Shown piece after piece: positions 1 through 13,781 of a stretch of 64,000 bases of DNA (position 1 is the first letter of the stretch; the number at the start of each line of letters is the position of its first letter). The stretch comes from Malacoraja senta (lineage: Eukaryota), in the NCBI GenBank assembly GCA_038087875.1, contig JAXLNO010000409.1, positions 1-64,000 on the forward strand, read 5' to 3'. A model generated the notes under the pieces. That model had not been told where the DNA came from. It ran no database searches and was given only the letters and a program-made list of their open reading frames with translations. Both the position numbers and the translations under genes were made by a program.

Positions 1-111
1 CTATACTCCAGGTGTGGCCCTCACCAAGACCCTGTACAACTGACGTCGTTTGTTCACAGGTGTCTTGTTTAGCAGAACTGTAAAATCCATCTCCACCCCC
101 CTTCCCCGCAG

Positions 112-406
112 GGTCTCCGCTCGTCATTCTCTTAACTCCGCCGTCGGATGAGATTCTGGGGATGGAAACCGTCCAACTGATGTGTCTGGCGCAAAACGCG
201 GCCTCCGACTCGCGATCCATACGCTGGAATGTTTCGGGGACGGGACGTGGAGGGATGGGTGGACTCTGGAACGATAGGCCAGGACGGGTCGCACGTCCTG
301 ATCAGTCGCATCAGCGTTCCCGTGAAAAGCTGGCGCGTCTGTACCTGCGTGCTGCGAATCAACTCGACCCAAACCCTCACCAGCAAGAATGTCGTCGCTC
401 AAAGAG
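112..406 (+). CDS. Ig C1-set domain exon of VJ-C1 receptor-like gene A (one-base frameshift at G run 236-239)
   Basis: Acceptor cttccccgcAG (110-111) and donor GTAATT (407), phase 1/1. Removing one G gives SPLVILLTPPSDEILGMETVQLMCLAQNAASDSRSIRWNVSGRDVEGWVDSGTIGQDGSHVLISRISVPVKSWRVCTCVLRINSTQTLTSKNVVAQR, with the C1 Cys/Trp pattern. Aligns with the C1 exon at 16531-16851. Confidence 0.85.
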
Positions 407-1444
407 GTAATTATCGGGAGCGCCCGATCACTAATATCTTCATGTTAATCTTTTACTTAGCACCACTTGGCGATCGATTCCATGGCACCAGTCCGACAAT
501 TCTAGTGTGTAGGAAGGAGACAGGAAACATGTTCCCGATGTTGGGGGAGTCCAGAACCAGGGGCCACACACAGTTTAAGAATAAGGAGTAAGCCATTTAG
601 AACGGAGACGAGGAAACACTTTTTTCTCACAGAGAGTGGTGAGTCTGTGGAATTCTCTCCTCAGAGGGCGGTGGAGGCCGGTTCTCTGGATGCTTTCAAG
701 AGAGAGCTAGATAGGGCTCTTAAAAATAGCGGAGTCGGGGGATATGGAGAGAAGGCTGGAGCGGGGTACTAATTGGGGATGATCAGCCATGATCACATTG
801 AATGGCGGTGCTGGCTCGAATGGCCTGCTCCTGCACCTATTGTCTATTGTCTATTGTCTATAAAAAAGTTTGACCCAGGATATTGAATTTGGGTCAACTC
901 ATGTCATTTTTATTGTCATTACAATAGAAAATTAACTGCTTCTATCAGAGATAAATGCTCTTTCTTTTCTGAAATATGGGTTCCGCCGGCATTGGACTTG
1001 GAACCTCCGGGTTTTACAATCGTTACAAATGACTTCGGTACATTTAGTCTGAAGAAGGGTCTCGACCTGAAACGTCGCCCATTCCTTCTCTCCAGAGATG
1101 CTGCCTGTCCCGCGGAGTTACGCCGGCATTTTGTGTCTACCTTCGGTAGATTTAAATGTACCCATGGCACTAGGGTACATAGGTAAATAAGCCGTGAAGC
1201 GGACATAAAGAGGCATAAACGGATAAACATAGACTGCACAAATGGACAGATACGTGGAATCGATAGCACCACTTGGCGATCGATTCCATCGCATCAGTCC
1301 GACAATTCTAGTGTGTAGGAAGGAACTGCGGATGCTGGTTGAAATCGAAGGTAGACACAAAATGTTGGAGTAACTCAACGGGACAGGCAGCGTCTCTGGA
1401 GACAAGGAATGGGTTACCTTTCGGGTCGGGTGCACAGTAGAGAG

Positions 1445-1936
1445 GCTTGGTTCGGCAACTCGAGCGGCCTGGAGAGGAAAATACTACAAAGAGTAGTAAA
1501 CACTGCCCAGTCCATCATCGGCTCTGACCTCCCTTCCATCGAGGGGATCTATCGCAGTCGCTGCCTCAAAAAGGCTGGCAGTATCATCAAGGACCCGCAC
1601 CATCCTGGCCACACACTCATCTCCTTGCTTCCTTCAGGTAGAAGGTACAGGAGCCTGAAGACTGCAACGACCAGGTTCAGGAATAGCTACTTCCCCACAG
1701 CCATCAGGCTATTAAACTTGCCTCGGACAAAACTATGAACATTAATAGCCCATTGTCTGTTATTTACACTTAATCAGTTTATTTATTCATGTGTGTATAT
1801 ATTTATATAATGATATATGGACACACTGATCTGTTCTGTAGTCAATGCCTTCTGTTCTGTTGTGCTGAAGCAAGGCAAGAATTTCATTGTCCTATCAGGG
1901 ACACATGACAATAAACTCACTTGAACTTGAACTTGA
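1445..1936 (+). mobile_element. Rex1/Babar-like LINE 3' fragment
   Basis: LQRVVNTAQSIIG...LLPSGRRYRS...SYFPTAIRLLN with (CTTGAA)n tail. A second copy lies on the minus strand at about 8115-8712. Confidence 0.8.
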
Positions 1937-3581
1937 GTCTGAAGAAGGGTCTCGATCCGAAACGTCACCCAATTCCTTCTCTCCAGAGATGCTGCCTGTC
2001 CCGCTGAGTGACTCCAGGATTTTGCCTCTTCCTTCGACAATTCTAGTGTCCGGCTTTCTGAGATCTCGTTCAAAACTCAATTAGGTCAGGGAGGATCATT
2101 TCAGAATTCACTTGAATCTGTAATTTCTAATTTCAGTCTCTTGTTTTCGCTCATACCCGGGGTTACACGCATTACGTTAAGCATGGCATTTCTATCAGCA
2201 GAACGCTGGTATTCCACTTATCAGGGCGAATAGTGACAACTGATTCTGAGTTGAATTCTGAACAGAGAACCGGAAGCTGAGATAAAATGGTGTCAACAAT
2301 GTGACCACCATTAGAATATAGACAATAGACAATAGACAATAGACAATAGACAATAGGTGCAGGAGTAGGCCATTCGGCCCTTCGAGGCTGCACCGCCATT
2401 CAATGTGATCATGGCTGATCATCCCCAATCAGTACCCCGTTCCTGCCTTCTCCCCATATCCCCTGACTCCGCTATTTTTAAGAGCCTCTCTCTTGAAAGC
2501 GTCCAGAGAACCGGCCTCCACCGCCCTCTGAGGCAGAGAATTCCACAGACTCACCACTCTCTGTGAGAAAAAGTGTCTTACACACGGTTGATTTCATTAA
2601 GAGGCCACGTATTTTCATTGCAAGTTAGAGTTTGTCTCATGCTCTCTATAATATCTATCTGTAGATATAATTTATGCATCTGTCTCTGCCTGCCCGTAGC
2701 TTTCACCTTTCGATACATAGGGATTCAATATTTTTCAGAAATATTTGTATATTGGGGATCTGCGTGATAAGGGAACCTGCCACCAATTTATTGAATGCCT
2801 CTTATAAATTATCTGTGTACTGCGGACCGCCTGATTATATTCATGCAGAGTTTTATCTTTGACTGGATAGCAAGCAAACAAAAGATTTTCACTCTACCTC
2901 AGTACACGTGTCAATAATAAACTAAACTAAACTTCTTAAGGGGTTGGACAGGCTAGATGCAGGAAGATTATAGGTACACAAAAATGCTGGAGAAACTCAG
3001 CGGGTGCAGCAGCATCTATGGAGCGAAGGAATTAGGCAACGTTTCGGGCCGAAACCCTTCTTCAGACCTTAATCTGCAGGAAGATTATTCCCGATGTTGG
3101 GGAAGTCCAGAACAAGGGGTCACAGTTTAAGGATAAGGGGGAAGGAAGTCTTTTAGGACCGAGATGAGAAAAAAACATTTTTCTTTTCACACAGAGAGTG
3201 GTGAATCTGTGGAACTCTCTGCCACAGAAGGTAGTTGAGGCCAGTTCATTGGCTATATTTAAGAGGGAGTTAGATGTGGCCCTTGTGGCTAAAGGGATCA
3301 GGGGGTATGGAGAGAAGGCAGGTACAGGATACTGAGTTGGATGATCAGCCATGATCATATTGAATGGCGGTGCAGGCTCGAAGGGCCGAATGGCCTACTC
3401 CTGCACCTATTGTCTATGTTTCTATGTTTCTATGTTTCTATGTTTCTATGTTTCTAAACTAAACTAAACTAAACTAAACTAATCTAAACTAATGTAAACT
3501 CTCATTGAATACATTCTTAGTGGGTAATTATGGGATAGGTATGTTTGGGCTAATAAATGGAATGTGTCCTTTCCATTCCAG

Positions 3582-3692
3582 GTGCGTCGCCTTGGGATGC
3601 TTGCATATCGTTGCTGTTTGTGGGATTTCCGGTAGCGATCATCCTTCTGGCGATAGCTATTGTGGTTGTCTACAAACGCTGCAGGATATGGG
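3582..3692 (+). CDS. Transmembrane exon of gene A
   Basis: Acceptor ttccattccAG, donor GTAGGG, phase 1/1. Encodes GASPWDACISLLFVGFPVAIILLAIAIVVVYKRCRIWG: membrane-proximal Cys, hydrophobic span, basic stop-transfer residues. Confidence 0.85.
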
Positions 3693-3807
3693 GTAGGGAT
3701 CCTCGGGAATCGCTCGAACTCCACGTGCCTCTCTTTTACTGATCCACCGTTTGGGCATGCCTATTATTTGTGGGTCTGTTGGGGACGAAATTTAATGCTA
3801 ACTCTAA

Positions 3808-4574
3808 TAGACAATAGACAATAGACAATAGGCGCAGGAGTAGGCCATTTGGCCCTTCGAGCCAGCACCGCCATTCAATGTGATCATGGCTGATCATCCC
3901 CATTCAGTACCATGTTCCTGCCTTCTTCCCATATCCCCTCTCCGCTATTTTTAAGAGCCCTATCCAGCTCTCTCTTGAAAGCATCCAGAGAACCTGCCTC
4001 CACCGCCCTCTGAGGCAGAGAATTCCACAGGCTCACCACTCTCTGTGAGAAAAGTGTTTCCTCGACTCCGTTCTAAATGGCTTACCCCTTATTCTTAAAC
4101 TGTGGCCCCTGTTTCTGGACTCCCCCAACATCGGAACATGTTTCCTGCCTCTAGTGTGCCCAAGCCCTTAACAATCTTATATGTTTCAATGAGATGCCCT
4201 CTCATCCTTCTAAACCCCAGAGTGTACAAGCCCAGCTGCTACATTCTCTCAGCATATGACAGTCCCGCCATCCCGGGAATGAACCTTGTAAACCTACGCT
4301 GCACTCCCTCAATAGCAAGAGTGTCCTTCCTCAAATTAGGGGAGCAAACTGCACACAATACTCCAGGTGTGGTCTCACTAGGGCTCTGTACAACTGCAGA
4401 AGAACCTCTTTGCTCCTATATTCGATTCCTCTTGTTATAAAGGCCACATGCCATTCGCTTTCTTCACTGCCTGCTGTACCCGCATGCTTACTTTCATAGA
4501 CTGATGTACAAGGACCCCCAGATCCCGTTGTACTTTCCCTTTTCCCAACCTGACGCCATTTAGATAGTAATCTG
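3808..4574 (-). mobile_element. CR1-type LINE 3' fragment
   Basis: RPHLEYCVQF motif and (TCTATTG)n tail. Confidence 0.9.
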
Positions 4575-4594
4575 AAATCCATGTTTCATGGCAG

Positions 4595-4653
4595 GCAACC
4601 AGCATGGCGAACATGACTTCACAGACGCGAGGACAGGCCGAGCGGGAAACGAA
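4595..4653 (+). CDS. Probable first cytoplasmic exon of gene A
   Basis: AG/GTAGGA boundaries, phase 1 to 0, GNQHGEHDFTDARTGRAGNE. Unique sequence between repeats. Confidence 0.55.
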
Positions 4654-4686
4654 GTAGGAATTTTTCATTCTATGCTTTATAGTCTT

Positions 4687-4864
<178 letters not shown>

Positions 4865-7317
4865 TAAGAGTTAAAGGCTTCAGACAAGTATGAACATGCA
4901 AAGCGGAGCAGTAGTTGGCTGATGTGGTTGTGAATTCAACACCGGCTCTCGTTTATCCGTGGGTATATTTCATCAACGTTCCTATCGGTGATATCTCCGC
5001 CTTGAAACATTTAGAAGCTCTGCTCCCAACTTTAAGGTGGACCTGTCGAGGGGAACAACCTCCGCTGGTTCTCAAATAGGCGATTCATTGTTTAACGACG
5101 TCTCATTGTTCTCGATTCTCCAACCCGGAGACTTTTCCCGTTTCCTCTATCATCTTTCCCGTTTCCTCTTTCCTCTATTTTTTTTGCATATCTTCCATTC
5201 ATTGTTCTTTATCTCCCCACATCATCTTCTATATCTCTCCTTTCCCTTTCCCGTGACTTTCAGTCTGAAGAACTGTCTCGGCCCGAAACGTCACCCATTC
5301 CTTCTCTCCAGAGATGCTGCCTGTCCCGCTGAGTTACTCCAGCTCGCTGCCTCAGAGGGCGGTGGAGGCAGGTTCTCTGGATGTTTTCAAGAGAGAGAGA
5401 GAGCTAGATAGGGCTCATAAAAATAGCGGAGTCAGGGGATATGGGGAGAAGGCAGGGACGGGGTACTGATTGGGGATACACAAAAATGCTGGAGAAACTC
5501 AGCGGGTGCAGCAGCATCTATGGAGCGAAGGAAATAGCTATTCCCTTCGCTCCATAGATGCTGCTGCACCCGCTGAGTTTCTCCAGCATTTTTGTGTACC
5601 TTCGATTTTCCAGCATCTGCAGTTCCTTCTTAAATACTGAGTGGGGATGATCAGCCATGATCACATTGAATGTCCCCAATCACTACCCCATTCCTGCCTT
5701 CTCCCCATATCCCCCGACTCCGCTATTTTTAAGAGCCCTATCTAGCTCTCTCTTGAAAGCATCCAGAGAATTCCACAGACTCGCCACTCTCTGTGAGAAA
5801 AAGTGTTTCCTCGTCTCCGTTTTAAATGGCTTACTCCTTATTCTTAAACTGTGTGTGGTCCCGGGTTCTGGACTCCCCCAACATCGGGAACATGTTTCCT
5901 GCCTCTAGCGTGTCCAAGCCCTTAACAATCTTATATGTTTTAAATTCTATGTGTATACCTACCGGCATTTTCACAATGCAGACTTTGAAAAATGGTATCT
6001 CATTGCAGAATAACAGGTGGTCTCTGAAAGGTCCCATAACGCTCTCTTATGAGAAACCATCATGAAAGAAGGGGTTCGGCCCGAAACGTTGCCTATTTCC
6101 TTCGCTCCATAGATGCTGCTGCACCCGCTGAGTTTCTCCAGCCTTTTTGTGTACCATGAAAATACTTATGATCTCTTCGTGTCAGTTCTGATCCTGTGTC
6201 TTAAGATTTTATGGTCTCACGGATTCTTGCCTTCATTATTTCGCAACCGCATTATTTCCAGCCTGTGTCTAAATCTCAATCTCGTTTTCTCAACTTGGAT
6301 CATTCCCTCTATATTCAATGTGGACAAAAATGCTGGTGAAACTCAGCGGGTCAGGCAGCATCTATGGAGCGAAGGAATGGGTGACGTTTCCGGTCGAGGC
6401 CCTTCCTTAGATTATTTACAGCATCCTCAATGGCACTTTGAAATTCCTCTATTGCATAACATTTTTTGTCGATAAATATCTTACTTACTATACATGGGCA
6501 CAATCACCACGTTTCCGATTTCAAAGTGTTTAAAAAATGTAGTCTTCACTTGGACGTAACTGCAGCGTAACTTTCACCCCCCACGTGACTCTTGTTTCCT
6601 GCCCTCACTATTCTAAGGCATCCTGCGGTACTCGGTCTGTGAATCGGACACCACGGTGTGAGTTTAAACACTCAAACGAAGCCACCGTTGTGGAGTAAAT
6701 CACACATACTCACGGATCTGGTACAATCTACAGCTGCGGTCCATGTTGTCGAGACCGTACGTTTATCTATCGCACATTTTCTATCTCACATTTATACCTC
6801 ACGATGCCTCGACAAGGCCAACAGCACAATGAAGGACCAGACGCACTCTGGCCGCCCCCTCTTCTCCCCTCTCTCATCGGGAAAAAGGTATAAAAGTGTG
6901 AAAACGCACACACCTCCAGATTCAGGAACAGATTCTTCCCAGCTGTTATTAGGCAACTGAATCACCCTACCACACCCAGAGAGCAGTGCTGAACTACTAT
7001 CTACCTCGTGGGGGACCCTCGGGCTATCCATGTTCGGACATTGCTGGGTTTTACCTTGCACTAAACGTTATTTCCTTATCATGTATCATCAAAACACTGT
7101 AAGTGGCCCGGTGGTAAATCATGTCTTGTCTTTCTGCTGGCTGGTTAGCACGGTAACAAAAGCTTTTCACTCTACATCGGTGCATACACGTGACAATAAA
7201 CTAAACGGAACCGTTCTGAGATCTGAATTTAATGATATTCTAGGAGAGGTTTAACGGGCCGACTGGTCTCTTCCTGTTCCACGACCCGCTAACGACGGTC
7301 TCCCTGTTCTCTCGCAG

Positions 7318-7377
7318 TGTGCCTACTACGCTGGTTTGAGATTTAACGCGGCCCGGCTCAAAGATCGGAGGCGCTAG
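7318..7377 (+). CDS. Probable terminal exon of gene A with tyrosine motif
   Basis: Strong acceptor tccctgttctctcgcAG. Encodes CAYYAGLRFNAARLKDRRR*, paralleling the last exon of gene B. Intervening small exons are unresolved. Confidence 0.55.
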   Translation, partial: CAYYAGLRFNAARLKDRRR

Positions 7378-10300
7378 AGAACTTTGCGTATCCGAGCATG
7401 ACATGGAGTGGAAGATATTCAACCCGGAAAGGCTGTCGGTGAAAGTTCCAGCAGCAAAACCGCTAATTTCCTATCACCTGTTTAAGAAGGAACTGCAGGT
7501 GCTGGAAAATCCCAGGTACACAAAAATGCTGGAGAAACTCAGCGAGTGCAGCAGCATCTATGGTGCGAAGGAAATAGGCAACGTTTCGGGCTGAAACCCT
7601 TCTTCAGACTGATGGGGGGTGGGAGGGGGCGGGCTTTCACCTATTTCCTATCCCCTCCTGGATTGATTGACTGGATGGCACGAATGTGTTACCGATAAGG
7701 CGCATATATCCTTCCCAGTACCTGCCAATTTACGGTAAGCACACACATGTACTCAGAAGAGAAACTCTTATCCTGACCGTGTACCGGTGGACACATCTCC
7801 AAAGCAATTTCCACCACGCCATTGGAAACCGCATCCCAAGACGAATAGCGATTCCCCGTCTCCGACGATGGGTTGCTACGTTCCGTTACTTTTTTGGGGG
7901 GAATTTATTTTATTAGAAGCGATTGTACAAGGATAAGGCGATCGACATAACAGTTATACAATTATTGTGCAGCTTCATTTTTAACGTTAGAACCTAAATT
8001 AATTTTTTTTTTAAAGAGAAAAAAGAAGAGAATGAAGAAAGAGAGGTAAAATAAGAAAAAGGGAGAAAAAGACCCCTAAGCTACCAAAGTACAAGAGAAA
8101 AGAAAAGAAATAAGAGTTCAAGTTCAAGTTCAAGTTCAAGAGAGTTTATTGTCATGTGTCCCTGATAGGACAATGACATTCTTGTTTTGCTTCAGCACAA
8201 CAGAACATAGTAGGCATTGACTACAGAACAGATCAGTGTGTCCATATACCATTGTATAAATATATACACACATGAATAAATAAACGGATCAAGTGCAAAT
8301 AACAGATAATGGGCTATTAATGTTGAGAGTTTTGTCCGAGCCAGGTTAATAGCCTGATGGCTGTGGGGAAGTAGCTATTCCTGAACCCGGTCGTTGCAGT
8401 CTTCCAGGCTCCTGTACCTTCTACCTGAAGGTAGCGGGGAGATGAGTGTGTGGCCAGGATGGTGTGTGGGTCCTTGATGATACTGCCAGCCTTTTTCAGG
8501 CAGCGACTGCGATAGATCCCCTCGATGGAAGGGAGGTCAGATCCGATGATGGACTGGGCAATGTTTACTACTCTTTGTAGTATTTCCTCTCCAGGGCGCT
8601 CAAGTTGCCGAACCAAGCAAGCCCACGATGCAACCGGTCAGCATGCTCTCTACTGTGCACCTGTAGAGGTTAGAGAGAGTCCTCCTTGACAAACCGACTC
8701 TCCGTAATCTCTGTAAATAAAAAAAGAGAAAGATGGAGATATACCTTCCCCACCCCCCTCCCCCCACACACACCCATCCCTGGTTTAAATTTGTGTTTAC
8801 CCATTCTGTTGTTGCAGACATTCAGTACGTTCCGTTCACCTTAACCTGCTACTTCTAATTTCACTTTGCAATTTTTTTTTTTTTTTAATATTTTAATTTT
8901 TTATTAGAAGCATATGCATATCATAGTCCAAAACCAATACAAACTTTGTTTAACGATTACATATTATCAGTATCCAGCATTTGAGGGACCCAGCTACCAA
9001 AGTAGCTGGGGTCCTCGTTTATCGGTTACATATTAACATTGCCTCTAATTGTTTATTTATATTTATAGATAGAAAAAATCAAGAGAAAAACAGAAAATTC
9101 GAAAAATGGATACAACTTAGGAGATAGGTCCGTAGGTCAGAGAACATGACTATTCATCTAGCCCTGGATTCAAGTTTCAGTCAGGCTTCCGCGCCGGCCC
9201 AATCTACCCCTTCAAATAATCAATAAATGGGGACCATATTCTAGTCAATATTTCTGGTTTGTCAATTAAGACAAATCTATTTTTTCCCAAATGTAATGTC
9301 TCCGACATCTCCATAATCCACATTTTGATTGTGGGGGTTCACTTTGCATTTCTAACATAAGACTCTGCTGTAACTCCAGAATTTAACAAAATATTTCCCT
9401 GGCAATATACAATAAACCAGTTTTGAAAACTCGAGCGCTGTGCTTTTTTTATTTCAGAAGTTATCCATAAATAAAAACCAGCAAGAGCATAAAATACACG
9501 TTCACAGGTCGTGATTGAATGTCGAGTACACTGGGGATCTGAAACTGAATATGTTCAATGTCTAATAAATAAAGGGTTCCTACCAGACTCGCGCCCTATC
9601 CACGTTCTCCAGAGATGCCGCCAGACCGCCCAGTTACTCCAGCACGCTCTGTCTTTATTTGTTTAAGAAGGAACCGCAGATGCTGGAAAATCCCAGGTAC
9701 ACAAAAATGCTGGAGGAACTCAGCGGGTGCAGCAGCATCTATGCTGCTGCACCCGCTGAGTTTCTCCAGCATTTTTGTGTACCTGTGTCTTTATTTGTCA
9801 ACCAGCATCACTGTGCTCGGGTCACAGAGTCATCGAGCTTGCTATTGTGGGAGTGCAGCGTATTCTTGCTATTGAGGGAGTGCAGCGTAGGTTCATCGGG
9901 TTAATTCCGGGAATGGCGGGACTGACATATGATAAAAGAATGGGTCGACTGGGCTTGTGTTCACTGGAATTTAGAAGCATGAGAGGGGATGTTATAGAAA
10001 CATATAACATTCAGGGGTTGGACAGGCTAGATGCAGGGAAAATGTTCCCGCTGTGGGGGAGTCCCAAACCAGGGGTCACAGTTTACGAATAAGGGGTAGG
10101 CCATTTAGAACTGAGATGAGAAAAAAACCTTTTCACCCAGAGAGTTGTGAATCTGTGGAATTCTCTGACACAGAAGGCAGTGGAGGCCAATTTACTGGAT
10201 GTTTTCAAGAGAGAGTTATGCATGTATTGGTCTTAGGGCTAACGGAATCAAGGGATATGGGATGGGACGTCTTGGTCGCCACGGACGCGATGGGCCGAAG

Positions 10301-11838
10301 GGGTTGTTTCCGAGCATGGAAACATAGAAAATAGGTGCAGGAGTAGATCATTCGGCCCTTCGAGCCAGCACCGTCATTCAATATGATCATTCATGGCTGA
10401 TCATCCAGAATCAGCACCCCGTTCCTGCTTTCTCCCCATATCCCCTGATTCCTTTAGCCCTAAGAGCTAAACCCCACTCTCTCTTGAAAACATCCAGTGA
10501 ATCGGCCTCCACTGCCTTCTGTGGCAGAGAATTCCACAGATTCACAACTCTCTGGGCGACGCACCTGTGTGCGACCGACTATGGAAAATTGGAGAGTGAA
10601 CTCATTGAGATATTTACAAAGTTCGAATCGTGATAGAGAACTTTGAGATCTGGAGTGCCCAGAATTGTTGCACTTCCGATTGCTCCGTCAATCCCCATGC
10701 ATTTCCTAATGTTCGTTGTTATTGAACATTGCTGAGCAACACTTTCTAAAGTGCGTAAATATTCCTAAAGTTGTTTCGGAAGGAACTGCAGACGTTTACA
10801 CCATAGACACAGCACTGGAGTAACTCAGCGGGACAGTCAGCATCTCTGGAGAGAAGGGTCTGAAGAAAAGTGCCAATATGAAACGTCACCTATTCCTTCT
10901 TTCCAGAGATGCTGACTGTCCCGCTGAGTTACTCCAGCATTTTGAGTCTATTTTCGAAAGTTATTGCCGTTTGCATCAGGTATTTCTTAATGCCCCCCAA
11001 CCCTTAAGGCCCATAACATCACTTGTCAAACCCTGCCTCGTCTCCCATTTATAAACTCTGCTCCCTGCAGTTCCAGACTCCCCGACTGCAGGCGACTGGT
11101 TCTTGCCTCAATCTCCCGAAATATCTCCAAAATCAATTGAACCACTCTTTTTACACTTCTAACTGAAAGGCGATATCACCTGGTCTCAAGGGAACAAAAT
11201 CGCACATAAAAAATGAGATCGCATATTAAAAAAAAGTTAAAGCTAGTTTGAGCAAGGTCGTTTATAAAGGAGTTCAGATATTATTCTGCTTAAGAAAGAA
11301 CTGCCGATGCTGGAAAAATCGAAGGTAGACAAAAATGCTGGAGAAACTCAGCGGGTGAGGCAGCATTTATGGAGAGAAGGAATAGGCGACGTTTCGGGTC
11401 GAGACCCTTCTTCAGATTCTTCTTGTAACTCCATGCTCCGCTGTCCCCGGATGCCCCCTATTGCTGCAGCGTAACCTTTGACCCCTGGTACACCAGGCCG
11501 GATGTTGCATATTATTAATTCACTCCTCTCGTTTTCTTTATAATACATTTAATTTACATACAGACTAAATCAACGTCTCCATACAAAAATAAAGCTCTTG
11601 GTTCAGAGGAATCGAAGAATTGCACATGCCTTGCCAAAAGCCTCTGCCCTTAAGGTTTCGAACATTCCTGGATAGCGGGATGAATGTATGTCTAACATGA
11701 CATTGTTCTATTTGCATTTCCCGGCACCGAGCCACAGAGATTCATGCAACCCCGGAATGTTCAGAGGGGGGTGTAGAGTTGCCGCTGCCTTTGGCCCTTC
11801 TCTTCACAATCGATCGTTGGCAGAATACAATCTGGTTC

Positions 11839-11895
11839 TCACCTGCGAGGCGATGCAACAAACTGGACCGAGGCGTAAATAATGGGCTCTGGGGG
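11839..11895 (-). CDS. Terminal ITIM exon of VJ-C1 receptor-like gene B
   Basis: Acceptor cactgcAG. Encodes PPEPIIYASVQFVASPRR*; IIYASV fits the ITIM consensus (I/V/L/S)xYxx(L/V). Confidence 0.7.
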   Translation of the reverse strand, partial: PPEPIIYASVQFVASPRR

Positions 11896-12842
11896 CTGCA
11901 GTGCACATTAACCATTGGTATTTTTTAAAAATATCGTTCACAACGTCCCAACATAGAAACACAGAAGCAAAGAAAATAGGTGCAGGAGTAGGCCATTCGG
12001 CCCTTCGAGACTGCACCGCCATTCGATATGATCATGGCTGATCATCCAACTCAGTATCCTGTACCTGCCTTCTCTCCATACCCCCTGATCCCTTTAGCCA
12101 AAGGGCCACATCTAACTCCCTCTTAAATATAGCCAATGAACTGGCCTCAACTACCTTCTGTGGCAGAGAATTCCACAGATTCACCACTCTCTGTGTGAAA
12201 CATTCCTCAACGATCGGGCAACAGAACCATGACTACGCCGAGCTTCTATTAGTCACATCCTCCAGGAACTCCAGTCATGTGGAACAGCATCCCTCTTCCC
12301 ATCAGAACTGCCCCCTCCATCGACTCCTTTAAGTCGAGACTTAAAACTCATCTTTACTCTCAAGCCTTTCTTGGCGTCCTCTGAGTGAGGGCTATATGTA
12401 TGTATTTTATGTATATACTTAATCTATGAACCAATGTTGTATAACGTTAGGACCTCCACCCAATGTGAAGCACTTTGGCCAACGAGAGTTGTTTTTTAAA
12501 TGTGCTATATAAATAAAAGTGACTTGACTTGACTTGACTAGATTCCCATCCATAATTCCACGTTAACTCTGCTCAGACCCATTAATCATTTACATCCAGT
12601 CCTAAACATCAGGTTTGTGTGTTTTTTATAACGGAACACTCCTAAAATACTGTCTACCTCATTGGTGACCCTCGGACTATCTTTGATCGGACTTTACCGG
12701 TTTTAACTTGCACTAAACGTTATTCCCTTATCATGTGTCTATACATGTCTTGTCTTTCAACTGACTGGATAGCACGCAACAAAAGCTTTCACTGTACCTT
12801 GGGACTCGTGACAATAAACCAATCTGAGTTAATCACACATAC

Positions 12843-12893
12843 CTGCGCCGCATTTCCACGCCCTTGCCTTCCTTCCCTTCGGCGGTCGGATGC
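12843..12893 (-). CDS. Cytoplasmic exon of gene B (51 bp)
   Basis: Pyrimidine-rich acceptor and CAG|GTATGT donor. Phase-0 reading is ASDRRREGRQGRGNAAQ. Confidence 0.6.
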
Positions 12894-13064
12894 CTGTGTG
12901 TTAATGGCGAAGAGAAAGAATTCAGAATATTATTCGGTCCTGACAATTTATAGTCAGTTAAAGAGATGGCTTACATGTCAACAATCGCCGAGTTAACAGT
13001 CGTCTTATTCCTTCCTTAACATGCCCACAATATGTCACTGGTCATCAAATATGTCTTGAATCAC

Positions 13065-13114
13065 CCAACATGAGAATGGTTTCCTAAAACCCCATGGACC
13101 CTGCAATGATCTCC
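13065..13114 (-). CDS. Candidate first cytoplasmic exon of gene B (50 bp)
   Basis: Acceptor ctttcgtccgtccAG, weaker donor GTGATT. Encodes GRSLQGPWGFRKPFSCW and supplies the phase 1 to 0 change needed to keep the ITIM in frame. Confidence 0.4.
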
Positions 13115-13371
13115 CTGGACGGACGAAAGCCGAATACTTTAAAACATTCCAAGATCCCAATGTCTTCAACGCCCGCCCGCCCGCCCGCCCGAGGGCCTTT
13201 TCAACAGAGTTACCACTAATGACGGGAAACACATTTGCTGGAACTTCATACACACCACCCCGCATTATTCAACCCACCATGACTTCAATCTAATTCACGT
13301 CACTGCCCGCCCTACTCTTGCCCGTCCATTATTTCTGAAATTATTGACAGACGAGTTAGGAACTTGGAGTT

Positions 13372-13732
13372 TTAGAGTGATACAGCGTGGAAACAGGCCC
13401 CTCGGCCCCACCTGCCCACACCGGCCTACATGTCCCAGCTACACTAGTCCCCACCTAGTCATAGTCATAGAGTGATACAGCGTGGAAACAGGCCCCTCGG
13501 CCCCACCTGCCCACACCACCCAACATGTCCCAGCTACACTAATCCCACCTAGTCATAGAGTTGATACAGCGTGGAAACAGGCCCCACCTGCCCACACCGG
13601 CCAACTTGTCCATGCTACATCAGTCCCACCTAGTCATAGAGTTGATACAGCGTGGAAACAGGCCCCTCGGCCCCACCTGCCCACACCGGCCAACATGTCC
13701 CAGCTACACCAGTCCCACCTGCCCGCGCTTGT
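13372..13732 (+). repeat. Tandem array of about four LINE-tail-derived units
   Basis: Repeats of GATACAGCGTGGAAACAGGCCCC...CCCACCTAGTCATAG. Confidence 0.85.
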
Positions 13733-13781
13733 TCCCTGGAGAAGTGTTATAGGGATACTCCTGCGAATCGCGAGCCCTCAC

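Noticed and set aside
6618..6657. Additional cytoplasmic exon of gene A
   Set aside because: Splice signals are good, but I could not reconcile its phase with the neighbouring exons, so it is left uncalled.
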